DNA of 64,000 nt. It comes from Botryllus schlosseri (Eukaryota). Positions within the stretch are counted from its first letter, which is position 1, and each line of letters opens with the position of its first letter. Positions 23,388-35,550 of the stretch are shown piece after piece. The stretch is from positions 36,520,001 to 36,584,000 of the forward strand of contig CM119371.1 in the NCBI GenBank assembly GCA_051294905.1, written 5' to 3'. The position numbers were made by a program, and so were the translations under genes. The notes under the pieces are model-generated. The model worked only from the letters and a program-made list of their open reading frames with translations, searched no databases and had not been told where the DNA came from.

Positions 23388-26300
23388 ACACACAGCGAAT
23401 TAATCTGTGTCGTAACGACCGCGCGTGTGATGGCCGGAAGTGATTACCAGCGTGCGACAACCGTTTTAAAACGCGCAAACTTTGAACGACGCGTTCCGGA
23501 ATCACCTCGATGTCGAACCCTCTCGACATCCGCCGCCATACGTGGCTTCCGATTGGCTAAAACCCGTGAACTCACGCTGGGTCACATCCGTCGTGGGTGC
23601 GCGTCGATTCCTAGCGCGCGCGTCGATGTATTCTCTTGTTGTCCTCGGCGCCAGACGATCGCGCATCGACGGATATAAAAAAGACAAACCGTAGCCTTCG
23701 TATACCGATAGATGGCCGACCAATCGAGTAAACCTGACGCTAATTCTCCCTTATGACGGGTCCAGCGTACTGAAGAGAGACCACGAACGCTATACTATAG
23801 CCAGAAGCATTCGCGGGTAGTCAGGCGTAGGCAAAGCCGTTGTGACTCACTGTGTTTGCACGTTTACGGATGTAGCCTGTCAACGGAAGTAGAATGCAGA
23901 CGGCACGTTGTGAGACAGACGGATTGCAAACGTTACAGGGTTACAAATTATGTGCTAGCTTACATTGCTTGTAGTGAAGATTAGATCTGCATCGCTTACT
24001 ATACAAATATGTCCAGTTGTCCACGGACTATTGTTGTGTATGGACACTGGACAATACACCGGTACTGCGTATTATGGACGTCGAGTGTTGTGAGTAACGG
24101 TATAGTGAAAATCCTTCATCGACAACGTGCGTTGCAATGTCTAGATTGCTATTCATTCATTCATACATACATGTTTGATGACTTGCTGGCTAAGCATCAG
24201 CACTGCGATAGGTAATATTTTTGATCTAATGTTTAGCTATGTATTCGGGTATTGTAGGAGTGTACATTGTACAAGTGTTTGGCTCCTATGCGTCTGCCTG
24301 ACATATTGCTGGTGGGAAACTAGGCAACGTGGTTGAAAATATGAATTGCACTGCACCGCTAAGTGGGGATAACTTCTTTGCGCGGTAGATAGCAAACCAT
24401 GACCTATTGCGTCGATTGTGAAGTCTCGCCCTGTGAAACTTGCGGCAAAGATAACGGCGAGTAGTACATGCTTTGATTTCGCGATTCATGTCCGACACGC
24501 CCTGGTGATGGCCCGCAACATCTACCGTGACCTTGTATGCGCATTGCGCAGTGTACCTTGCAAAACGGATTCCAAACCCCCCTTTTTTCTGTGTGCTGTT
24601 GAGTTGTACGGCAATTTCGTGTCCAATGCCTCCCGCGTTTTATCGCTACATAGCAATGTTCATTACCGTCCTATTTGATCACGGGTAAAGGATTAAATCG
24701 AGAACTGTCCCAAAACGTGTCTGGCCGCCTTCTCATAAATGCGCAAGTATAATGGGGTTAACATAAGTTGTTTATGCGCTGTGTTTTCAATCTATAATTT
24801 GTTTGTAATTTCGCGTCTTATCCACGAAACGACAATCACATTTCCCGCATTTCCTCTTCGCTGATAGTATTTTTCCAGGATTTTCTTCTGGATGCTTTAT
24901 TCCGCTTGTCTATTCGTGTTACGATCAACTTAAGACGGTATAGTCAGTTTCCGAGATTCCATTTTAATAGAATTGCAAGATGTAGGTAGTATAGCTCTGA
25001 ATCTGATAATTATAATATTAATATTGTCCTATTCTGAATATCATAGTGCGACTGTGATGAGTTGTAGATGCAGGATGCGAATCGAGTATTTGGCGTCGAG
25101 TCCAGTATTCTGGTATCACTAGTTATGACATCGTAACAGTATGGATAATGTGGACGGTTCAAATATTTGTCTTCTATGCGACTACAAAGAAAATACTGCC
25201 GGTTCCACGCCGCATTAAAGATAATTTTACATTTCGGCGACCATCACCTATGAGACAATGCAGTGGGTCGATCACAACATCACAGAAGAGTCTTTTCTAC
25301 TAACATAAGTCGATTTGGTCTGTTTGGATGCTGTGATGCGACCAATCGAGGCTGTAAGGCACCCAGGATGGGACAAAAAGTATTGAAAGTAAAAATAAAT
25401 TCATCTCTCGCTACTGCACAGTGCACACGAATCATTGTACCAAGCCATATCTATTACCAGAACAACGCAAACGCTTTAGGATATAATTTTCGGTGTAATT
25501 GCGATCAAAAACGATTCGATCGGAACTGAATCAGTCATCATGACGTTCCGTCTCAGTCTGTCAGTGACTTAACCCACAGATAAACCGCCTTCGGTTTTCT
25601 TGGCTGACAGTTCCGTATAGGAGATGTGTACGGGTGTGCGCCGTGTCTGGGCCGTGATTCATTTACGAAATATGCCTTTTTTCTCGTAGGGAAGGTTGGC
25701 GCGAAAACGAAGGGCGTCTGTCTTGGTTATGTCCTTTCCGTATTTTTACACATATGGTAGTTCGGTTGTACAGCTTCTGATCTCATTTTTATGCGGCTTC
25801 AGTAAGGCAGAACAAAGTCTCTTGAATATAGAACATGAAACAATTAGTTATTTACGAAAGAGTATATCATAATCGGATTACATTTAATATAATATAATGA
25901 TTAGAGTGAAATCATCACTCAGGCAAAGTATGAGCATCAATACGTTAGTTGTGACGAATGTGATGTGTGATTCTTTATTTGCTCTTGTGTTGTCCCCTTG
26001 CGTGTAGTGGTTTGCCCTCAAAGGTAGTTTCCTGAGTGACATTCGCAGTTGACAATGCTTTCATATGTGTAAAGAGACAGCAGTGGCTCCCAATGGGGCG
26101 ATATCCCACCCCTGGGGAAGATTTTGTGAAAGAAAGGGGCGAAAATGTTAGAACGTTCGATCAATTTTATTGATAGAAAAGCGACTCAATGCCTGACTCA
26201 TTCCAGCACGGGAAAGGGGATCAGGAAGGTTGGGAACCACCAAAGTTAGAGATGATAAGTCGTCAAAGCCCCAAGATTGTGATACTTCGAGAGTTTTATC

Positions 26301-29300
26301 AGTGTTAGTTAAAAAACGAATGATTAAATAAAGGTCTGCCAATCGCACGAATATTCCTTGAAAATTCAAATATCTCAGATATTACAACGCGGGTGATGGA
26401 CAAAATATAAATGGTCAAGTCGAGGGTCATATTCTCCGTCTACGTGACCGGGGTCAGGCGAATATGCGATTCCGGTAACGTGTACTCTGTAAATGATTTA
26501 TCATCGCCCATAAAGCCGGTAGACCATGACGGCGACAATTAGCTGAAGGTCAATTCGGGTTCGCCTTCCGGATTCTTCAAGGCCCGCCCACCGGCGGTTT
26601 CGGCAGTCACGTTACAAGTTCGCGATCGCTCTTAAGTGTTTAATCGATTTAAATGTCAAGTATCAATTAGAAAATCTACAGGAGGTATCACGTTACCGTT
26701 CTCGCGTGACCTCTGATAAAACTGGCGGGTTACGTAGCCGATAGCAACGTGACCTTGTAATTACGCGGTTATAATTCAACTGCCGGTTTCTGTAAACAGG
26801 GCTTGAACAACTAGAACATTTCAGATTTTCCAAATTAGATTAGAATTGGGAGGTTGTTTGCAAATTAGATACGGAAACTTGGAAATTTAATTGAATTGCG
26901 AATTAGGGAGAAACACAACAAAAATAAAGGTCACCGTAGCATTTTCAGGAAAATCAGAAGTTGGGTAAGAATAAAAATAAAAGCACAGAAACACTCCACA
27001 AATTAGATTAGAACGGGATTACATGCATTTCGCTCTAATTAGAGAACCAGAATTATCTAGTTGTCCAAATATTCCAGGTGAGTGATAGAGAAATGTAGGT
27101 ACCACGCTTCTCTTGGATATGCGCTTTTCTGCTACATTACACGGGCGTTTCTAAGCCGCTGTAGACAGTATATGCGGTCGCCGTAATTCTCGGAAAAGGC
27201 TCGCCCATCGTCGGTGGGCGTACGCATCGGAATTCCGGTGAATCAAGGGCGGACGTGTTATTCCGGTTCAAGGTTTGCGAATATCTATTTTCGGCACAGG
27301 TCCGCCCATCGCGTGATGGTATCTGGCTTTGCAGACTGAGAGAACTGTGCTGCGATTGTGAACTGGCGACAGGTTGGCGACCTCCGGTTAGCGCGGGAAT
27401 CGATCGCCATTACACGGTGCTTCCCGCGCCCGATCGATGGTTAGCGCTGTTTTTCTAAATTTTATAGAAATGAAGTGCGGTGAAGACAGTGTTGGCGACT
27501 ACATTTTAATCAGCGCGGTGTGACATGAGATCAAAGCCTATCACTATCAAGGTCACGTTACCTAAATTGAGATGTGGTCAAAGTAGTCCTCGTTGCTACT
27601 TGCTACTCACGTAGAAGTAAGGCCGTTAATTTTTACTCAATTTGAAGTAGAAATTTCGAAACTACTTCAAGTGGAAGTAAAAATGGAAGGTCTGTCAGTA
27701 CTTGAGTAGCTCCAAATCGTAGATTTAGTTGAGTGATCGCGTACTTTTAGCGGGTAATCAGAGGTGGCTATCTTCAAAACGGCATGATGTATCTTCGCGT
27801 GTACCGCAAAACGACTTTTGACCCTATTAGTAAGTCCAATAGTCGAAACTATATTCAATTGCCGTGATAGATGGGCTATTTCACGTTATTTTATGACAAT
27901 TTCGCTTGTAAAAATGACTACAACTGGTCACGAAACCCCTGCCTGATTAAAAAAAAAAGTATAGTTTCGCTTAAAAGTAGAAGTGGAATTAGTACGAAAC
28001 ACGACCACTCAAGTATATCAAGTAAGTGAAACCTACATGAATCTTCCGGAAAATATGCAAGTACTTCGTTACTGACCACCTCCAAAATGTCGTTCACAGA
28101 CCAACACACCAACTACGACAATGCTAAGCAATGACTTGAAGTCGTGGTTTAACCGGAAGGTGCAGAGTTTTATCTCGGCGCGATATCAGAAAGAGAGAAT
28201 GATTGTGCCACGTAAAAAAGGAAAGAGTTCCGGTCGAATGACCTAGTCACGAACTTCTTCTTCGCGCGTCCGTCGGCCACGCTTCCGGTAATTCGCCAGC
28301 ACGGGAAATGAGTTTTACGCAACGAATCATTGACGTCAAGAGCAGTCTTATCGTCTTACCTATCGTAAAGTTGGCGAGGGGGCGTGTTGGTATTTGCTTG
28401 AAACGTGTGGGCCTTCCTATGAAGTCGAATGTGCTATTTTAATCAGTTTCTAAGAGATATCCCCAAGGAGTTTACATTTGAATTGCACTTACAGTTATCT
28501 CATCATCGTGAGCCTTGGTGCAGTCACGTTTATATGAGTCAACGCTTCGTGAAACATGAAAAAATATCAGTTTTCTATTCGGTAAAGCGTGCGCTAACAA
28601 GTCACCACCTTGCTTAAAGGCACGATTCCGTGAAAGTGTTGCAAGTATGCTGCCGTCAATTCATAAAATCGATGTTTAGCAGTAGCTTTAGTTTTTGTAT
28701 TTCGTGGAATATCATCAAATAAATTCGCTGTGATGAGCACTTTAGCAGATATGTATACGGAAGAAATATGATAATAATTTATATCGGAGCACAAGGAAAG
28801 AGATAAAATGAGCTGGCACGTAAATCAGCCGTTTCCCAGCTCTACACTGTAAACTAAATTCGCGTATTTCACCGATTTCTACCATAACCAGAGTGTTAAC
28901 AGGTAAACGGCGCTTTCTGGTACAAAATTTCGCTTCCGCACTTATTCCAATGGGTGTAAACGAGTCAAATACACCAGTTCTCATCTAGATATAGGTATGA
29001 AGTGTGATATGTTCTCATGTACCACCCCAAGAAGGCACTCGAAGGTGGTACGTATCCTCACTGTCACCCTGGAATGTATCTTCATACGAATCGGTGCACT
29101 AACTATAGTTTTCACCCGTTGTTAAAGGCGTGGAAGCTGCATTTGGTATTAGAAAGTACCGATGTACCCTACGCTATGGAGGAAATCGGATTAATAATGC
29201 ACATGTTTTTTCCACCCGTGTTTTTACCGAGTAACTAGGTTGAGGTGTGCCAGCCGACATTGTCGGATGCTGATAGATGGCACTTCAACTTGTTCATTGT

Positions 29301-30925
29301 TTGATTCAAACTGTACCTTCCGTATATCATGGTGAACATGTCTCGTTAGCTGAATTCGCGGTCATTACTCTTCACGGTGAGTAAATTGACGTGATCGTCG
29401 TGCATGAATGCAAACAGAGCCCGGTTAGTCATGCTTGCAAAAGAAAGCGGAAGCCCACACGAGCTCGAGGGAATCGTCCAATCGATCACGTTGACGTAGT
29501 ATGAAAGGTGAAAGGGTATCTGTGTCATCGCGCGAAATTCCGAACGCTAGTTATACAGAGAAATAATAACTCCTGCGATAAAGATTCGATCTCGTAATTG
29601 TACGCGATTTCCTTGAAATATTTAATCGAAAAGGTATCGTTTCTTTACATCATTGCAGTCGTAAATTTTGTCCGAAAATCCATAAAGTACAAATCGGCCT
29701 ATATTTTCATTCTCTGAACTTGCGCTTTAAGGGTTTCCTAATGGATCAGTAGCCTGCATGCACTTGACATATTGTTATAAAGGCACAGCTTAATGAGTTA
29801 CGTAATATGGCAATAATCAAGACCACAGGGTCAGCACGATTAAAGGTCACGCTGAACTGAGCTGTTGCCTAAACCAAAACAAAATGACTCATCGCGTTAA
29901 AAATATGCCGCGACTCCACGAAACCGTGTCGAGTGACTCACGTCGAGTTCGTCATCTCCGGGTCGCCGGATATTCGGTCTTCTGTGCGACATGATGCTAA
30001 ACTGTATCCAGTTGAAAGTGATACGATAAAACCTGGATTCTATCTAAAAAATAATAATTTTACCTAAAGTTGGTTACGTTATGCGGTAACCTCAATGTAG
30101 TGCATGCAGACCTGGATCACCAGAAATTTTTGAGCTTGTTCATATTAGCTTAGAGTTAGAATTATAGCTGCATCGTTTTTCCCAAACAAGATCAGAATTA
30201 GAATTCCTGAATTCGCAAAAACTAGGAACTTGGATGAAATCTCCGATTATAAAGGAATCAAAATCCGTAATCCGTTTCAGTTCTTATCAAATCAGAGTTC
30301 ATTAGCATAAGTACAGAAATGGAAAATGTCTGTACTGTACAGTAAGCTCGATTCGTTGCGCACAATACAGTTCTCCGGTACCATTTGCAGGAAAACCAGC
30401 AATTAGATTGGGTTAAAACTAGATCGTAGAAATATTTCACAAATTAGATTACAGGCATTTCGGTCTGAATAGACAACTAGAATCCTATAGTTGTCCATGT
30501 CCAATTCCGATGCGTGAGCGTATGAGGCGAAATATATCAGCCTTGCCGATTACGTAACACGTGCGAGTTTGTTATTATTACGAATAAATGCATGGTGTCG
30601 CTAAATAGACAAACTGGCATTTTAATCTGATGTTCCATTCGTAAGTTAGCGTGACCTTGTGACATCGCCAGCTGCTTTACCTATGAGTTCAGGGCGGAAC
30701 TGTGTAGACGGATAGATTAGTTCTGGTGAAATCGTAACGATATCGAAATAAGTCTTTATCTTGCGATCAAAACGTAACCAAAAGCTGAAGCAGACTACTA
30801 TTAAAAAGTCCGAGATTTTCCTATATTCGGGTATCATTCCAAGCTGTTTTAAAAAGATAGTATCCGGCGAATGTCCGAAACTGGATAAACATGGTATCCT
30901 CATCCAGAAGCCTCTGGCGGACTAG

Positions 30926-31136
30926 TGAACTTTGAACGCTGACTGGATTTTTTGAGTCATCGCCAATGCATCCTGTTTTGAGAGCGCGTCGGGCGTGACG
31001 TGGGCGTCATCATTAAAAGGACGAACGTGTTCCGATTCGGTGCAAAGGTCACCGTTGCTGAGAGTGGCCGTTTTCGGATATAAATCGGCGATTTATCGAT
31101 CGATATGTCATTGCTGAACACTTATCAAGTAATCAG
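30926..31136 (+). promoter_or_regulatory. Putative Pol II core promoter and 27-nt non-coding first exon (probably of the sulfotransferase)
   Basis: DR1-like TGAACTTTGAACG 30926-30938, AP-1 TGAGTCA 30953, CCAAT ~30963, DR1/HNF4-like GGTGCAAAGGTCA 31039-31051, TATAAAT 31079-31085, Inr TCATT with A at 31110 (TATA at -31), donor CAG|GTAAGA at 31136/31137. Confidence 0.55.
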
Positions 31137-31241
31137 GTAAGAGACACTGATTATGATGTTCATAACTTTTGCGGTGTTTGATCGATGTGACTACAGTATT
31201 TTACGTTTAGTTCGATCTAACCCAGTGGGATCGGTGATAGC

Positions 31242-32276
31242 CAGGCCTGTTTATTTTTGGATATTGGGTTTTATTTTTGGAGATTCTCTAAAAATAAGAT
31301 TTGAAAACATCCAAAAATAAGATTTTTTTGGATGATGTTTTTTCAAGTTTTTCAGTGAAATAAACAAGTAAGAGCGATGCAAACAACCAGGAAACTCATC
31401 AAAACAGCATGTGTGTGAGGGAGGGGTCACCGAAACGCTAAAACTACTTCCACTCATTCCACTCCACGTTTCTGCTGACGTTGCCTTCCCGCCCCCTCAG
31501 TCTTTGCACTCCTGTAAGTTTCACAGTGCGACACGTAGAGAAGACGGGCAGGCAGCCTGCGTGAGGCAAAGGGAACGGCGAAATCAAATACCACCGCCTC
31601 TGTCACAATCAGTTCGTCTACACGATGACGGGACCTATTGGCTGCCTCAGACGGCAACACAACTTGATCCAGGAGATGGAAAGTACGTGTCCCAAGTTTG
31701 TTGACGCCCGTTGGTTGTCAATGAAGGTGGCCTCTTGGTTGACTGGACACCGTACCAAACTCCTTGGTGTATGGACGAGAAAAGTCCGGCCTGTACACCT
31801 TCGCTGCAGTAGTGGATCCAACTGATCGCATGGTCACAGAGTTGAGCACCACCGTCAGGAAGCTCCAGGGTCTTGGCGTTCTGATCGTGGCGCAGGAGCT
31901 CCAGCGCCTGGTCGAACGCCGTCGAGCTCTGTGTCCAGGCGAGGACTGGGACAACGACGCCCGCCACAAGGAAGGTTATCTGGTCAAAGGGTGTTGGGCT
32001 GTCAAGTTCAATGAGGCACGTATCTTCGTGGGGGATCTGAGGTTTCAAGCTCATTACTGTATTACTACGAGCGCTTGTCAGGAGCAAATGCACAGAAGTT
32101 TGAGGAGGTTGGAGAGTTTGCCACCCATCCGTTTTTGGACCTCTGGGCTCGACGTTTCCCACAATTGCGACGGTCGAGGCCGATATCTCGAAAGGGATAA
32201 GGGTCTCGGCCGGGTGTCTCTCCAAAACTAAGCTATTTTTGTTATTTTTGGAGAAATCCAAAAATAAACAGGCCTG
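31242..32276 (+). mobile_element. Internally deleted hAT DNA transposon with frameshifted transposase remnants
   Basis: Perfect 21-bp TIR caggcctgtttatttttggat, perfect 8-bp TSD gtgatagc (31234-31241 and 32277-32284); remnants LRRQHNLIQEMESTCPKFVDARWLSM, DEKSPACTPSLQ*WIQL and KLQGL lie in three frames. Confidence 0.9.
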
Positions 32277-32558
32277 GTGATAGCTGATAGACTAACGGTA
32301 TGTTGTGGATAATTTCATCGTGTGGACGTTGGTGGTTCGAGCGCCACTGTCGTAATCCATACTTACGTAGTTAATAGCTCACCTTCGACTTTATAGTAAC
32401 ACACGGCTATACCAGTCAGATAGCGTAGTGGTCGTTGGACAATGGACATACGATCACGCGACACAACAGCACGCGTCACTTCAGCATGTGGGTTAACTTT
32501 CGGGTTTGGAGATAGTATTAGGGTTTTGTCGTCAGATTCTTAACTGGCGTATGCTCAT

Positions 32559-33081
32559 TAGGGCTGTTCAAAAATAACTTTTTCTTCTGGATTCCAGCCA
32601 TTCAGGCATTAAATTGTCAGGTTACCCTGAAAAACGCTGCTCACCAAATTTGGTTCAATTCTATCAAGTATAAGGCTCCGCAGATCCAATTAAATTTTTT
32701 AATTTATAATGAAAAATTTGAAAAAAATTTTTCAAATTTTTCTGTCTATCCCACGAAATTGTTGAGCTGTCTTCAAAGACGATGCAAAACAAATTTGAGT
32801 CAATTCGAACTAGTAGAAGCTGAGTTATTGGAGTTTTTCGTTGATAATCCTCGGATTATCACCGATCAAGGATAATCCAACAATTTCGTGGGGTCGACAG
32901 AAAAATTTGAAAAAAAAAAATTATTTTTCATTATAAATTAAAATGTTTTATTGGATCTGCGGAGCCTTATGCTTGATAGAATTGAACCAAATTTGGTGAG
33001 CAGCGTTTTTCAGGGTAACCTGACAATTTAATTCCTGAATGGCTGGAATCCAGAAGAAAAAGTTATTTTTGAACAGCCCTA
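32559..33081. mobile_element. hAT-type MITE with ~205-bp inverted arms
   Basis: TAGGGCTGTTCAAAAATAACT termini; perfect 8-bp TSD atgctcat (32551-32558 and 33082-33089). Confidence 0.93.
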
Positions 33082-35490
33082 ATGCTCATCCGTCGTTTTT
33101 CGTTGTGTCGCATGCTCAAGTGTCAAGAACCAGCATCTTTTTCCACGCGAACCTGGCGTATGCAGCTTCTGTGCTAGGCTATCTATCCACACTCAGTGAT
33201 AGCGCGGAATCTGATGTGACGGTACCTAGATTGCATTGCGGTACTTTTGCGTCTCCATCGTCCAAGAATCTTGATGGTGCGGACGAAAATAACCTCTCTT
33301 ACGCATATTGGATGATGGCGGGTCCTTTCGTCATTGATGATGCTATCAGACATATATTCTTACTCAAACGTTGTCTGCAGATTTCACTTCGACACAAAGA
33401 GACACTCAAATGTCAAACGTTGAAAAATGAGCCTCTTTCAGTTACCATCACAGAACACAGCCAGCGCTGCCGTAATTGCTGTCATGAGTAATCACACAGA
33501 CAGTCGCACGCAGCATATTCGACCACCATAGAATGACTTTCCCGCCTAAAATAGACTCGAGTGGCGATGTGTCATTCAAGAAGCAGTTGTTTTCGGTACC
33601 AAACCTTGACATCATTCTTGCCTTTGGAGATTCTTTCACTTTGATATGTCGGCGATATCGCGTCCAAAGGTTTGGTAACGCGCAGTTCAAAATCAAAGTC
33701 TCGCCAGCTTCAGGTCAATTGAGAATATGAGACAGCTCAGTTATCTGCGCCAAACTGCGTGTCGTAGAAAAACTGACGAGAACGGAAATCCAGCAAGGTA
33801 GAGTAACAGTGAGGAAAGGCAGACCTAACGACCAACAGCAAGTGCAACCTTTTGCAGGGGAGGGTGGAGGGATTTATTATCGCAAATAATGTAAATATGG
33901 AATACAAAATATTAGAGAGAAGAAGATTGATTCTATGCAGTACGCATGTGGCTCATGAAACAACTATGATAAAAAGCGAATATTAGTGAGCTTAGCAGGG
34001 ATATATGCTTACTATATTGTTACAGTAATTGCGAGATGCAGCTGCAGCGCAGTGATCTTGTGATCGTCGAGTCCACTGCAGCTATTTATAGTAATTGATT
34101 TTCTATTGCGTAATATGAAGATATAACTTAATACAATGCGTATGCAAAGTTCGAGTCAACTATTGTAAAAAATATAATAATTGAATCTTGGTCAAAACGC
34201 AAATATAGGATGGTTGAAAGTACACAGAGCAGCGACTATTGACTAAATGTAAACGTGGTTTTATGTACAATAAGAAGAAATAGACTTTACTAATGAGTTA
34301 GATATTCATTGTAGGAGAATTGCAGCTTCTCAGCAAATGAGAATTAATTTATACACTACGTAGTTTTATATACTCGAATAAAAGTACAGTTGTCGATAAA
34401 TATATATTTAAAACCTTCCCACGCGGTGGTGCTATAGCCGTGCTTCGGTGTCGGCCGGAGTCACTTAAACGGACTAAACGGGACGGTAACTGAAAGATTA
34501 CTTTCCCCCTATTGCTCATGTTGCAAGTTGTTCTAGTACTGCTAAAACTCAACCATTAATGAGTGCTGAATGATTCCATATAGCTTCCGACCATTCCAAT
34601 CGCTTGCCATTCGTCGTAGCAAAAATGCGTGGCGAAAAAAAACTAGTTGCTTTGAATGTGGGGATAACTCTTTGCCACGTTTTGCAACCGATGAATGGCT
34701 TTTGTTTCGTGGTACAAGACGTCTAATACCTCTTGACATGAATACGTTTCCGGTATTGACTTCCTGATGCAGACACTCTGAGCAATGATCATTGATTCTT
34801 TCGCGACCGGTTCAAGCGAGGTCGCCCGGTGCGCACTGCGCAGCGTGTCTGTATTGCCAAGTCAGTTTATTGCGTCACTAATGCAGCATTGTGAAGTGAC
34901 AGGCCGCGCCGCCGGCAACGTTACACGTATCGATATGCATGCCACTCGTAACGCTAATTCGAGCGCTTAATGTTAGTAGTAGGTGTGCCGATTTGGAGGC
35001 AATGTAGCCATTAGTAAATTACTTAGCTTGTATGAAATCCAGGCAAGACATGGACTGTCGGATTCCAATAAATTGTACCATGAGGCAGAATGAATGCAAT
35101 TCTTATCCCCCCGATTAACTGTAGAAAGCTAATACTAAATATTCTAATTCGGAAATCGTATGTTATCAAGAATGACGGCCGAGAAATATCTATTGAGATT
35201 ATGCCGAGGGTAATTATTACGGGAGGGCCGTTGGGTCGTAGACTGGACGTCTAGAAACAAGCGGCCTGGTGTCTGTTTCAAATACATTGGTTGTCGGTAC
35301 AGCCAGGTTCTAAATTTGAATTATGCTCATTTCTGGTGATTCCTTTTCGGAATGTATTGCGTCCCACGTTTGACTAGACACGCAGCCAGACACAACGTCT
35401 CGTATGCGTTGTGTATACTGAAGGCGTCTGAAGTTAGCAGCCTATTTTAGCTCGCATGAAATCCGAAACTTAGGCGCGAATATCGCTCAC

Positions 35491-35550
35491 ACCGTGATAC
35501 ATCATGATGCCACTACGCCAACCGTGATACATCATGATGCCACTACGCCA
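35491..35550. repeat. Perfect 30-bp tandem duplication
   Basis: accgtgatacatcatgatgccactacgcca occurs twice. Confidence 0.95.

Noticed and set aside
31647..32261. 204-aa minus-strand ORF and 155-aa plus-strand ORF as genes
   Set aside because: Both lie inside the hAT element; the minus ORF is antisense to the transposase remnants, and the plus ORF is in the ancestral frame only in part.
33039..33491. 150-aa ORF
   Set aside because: Starts inside a MITE arm; no recognisable domain or splice structure.
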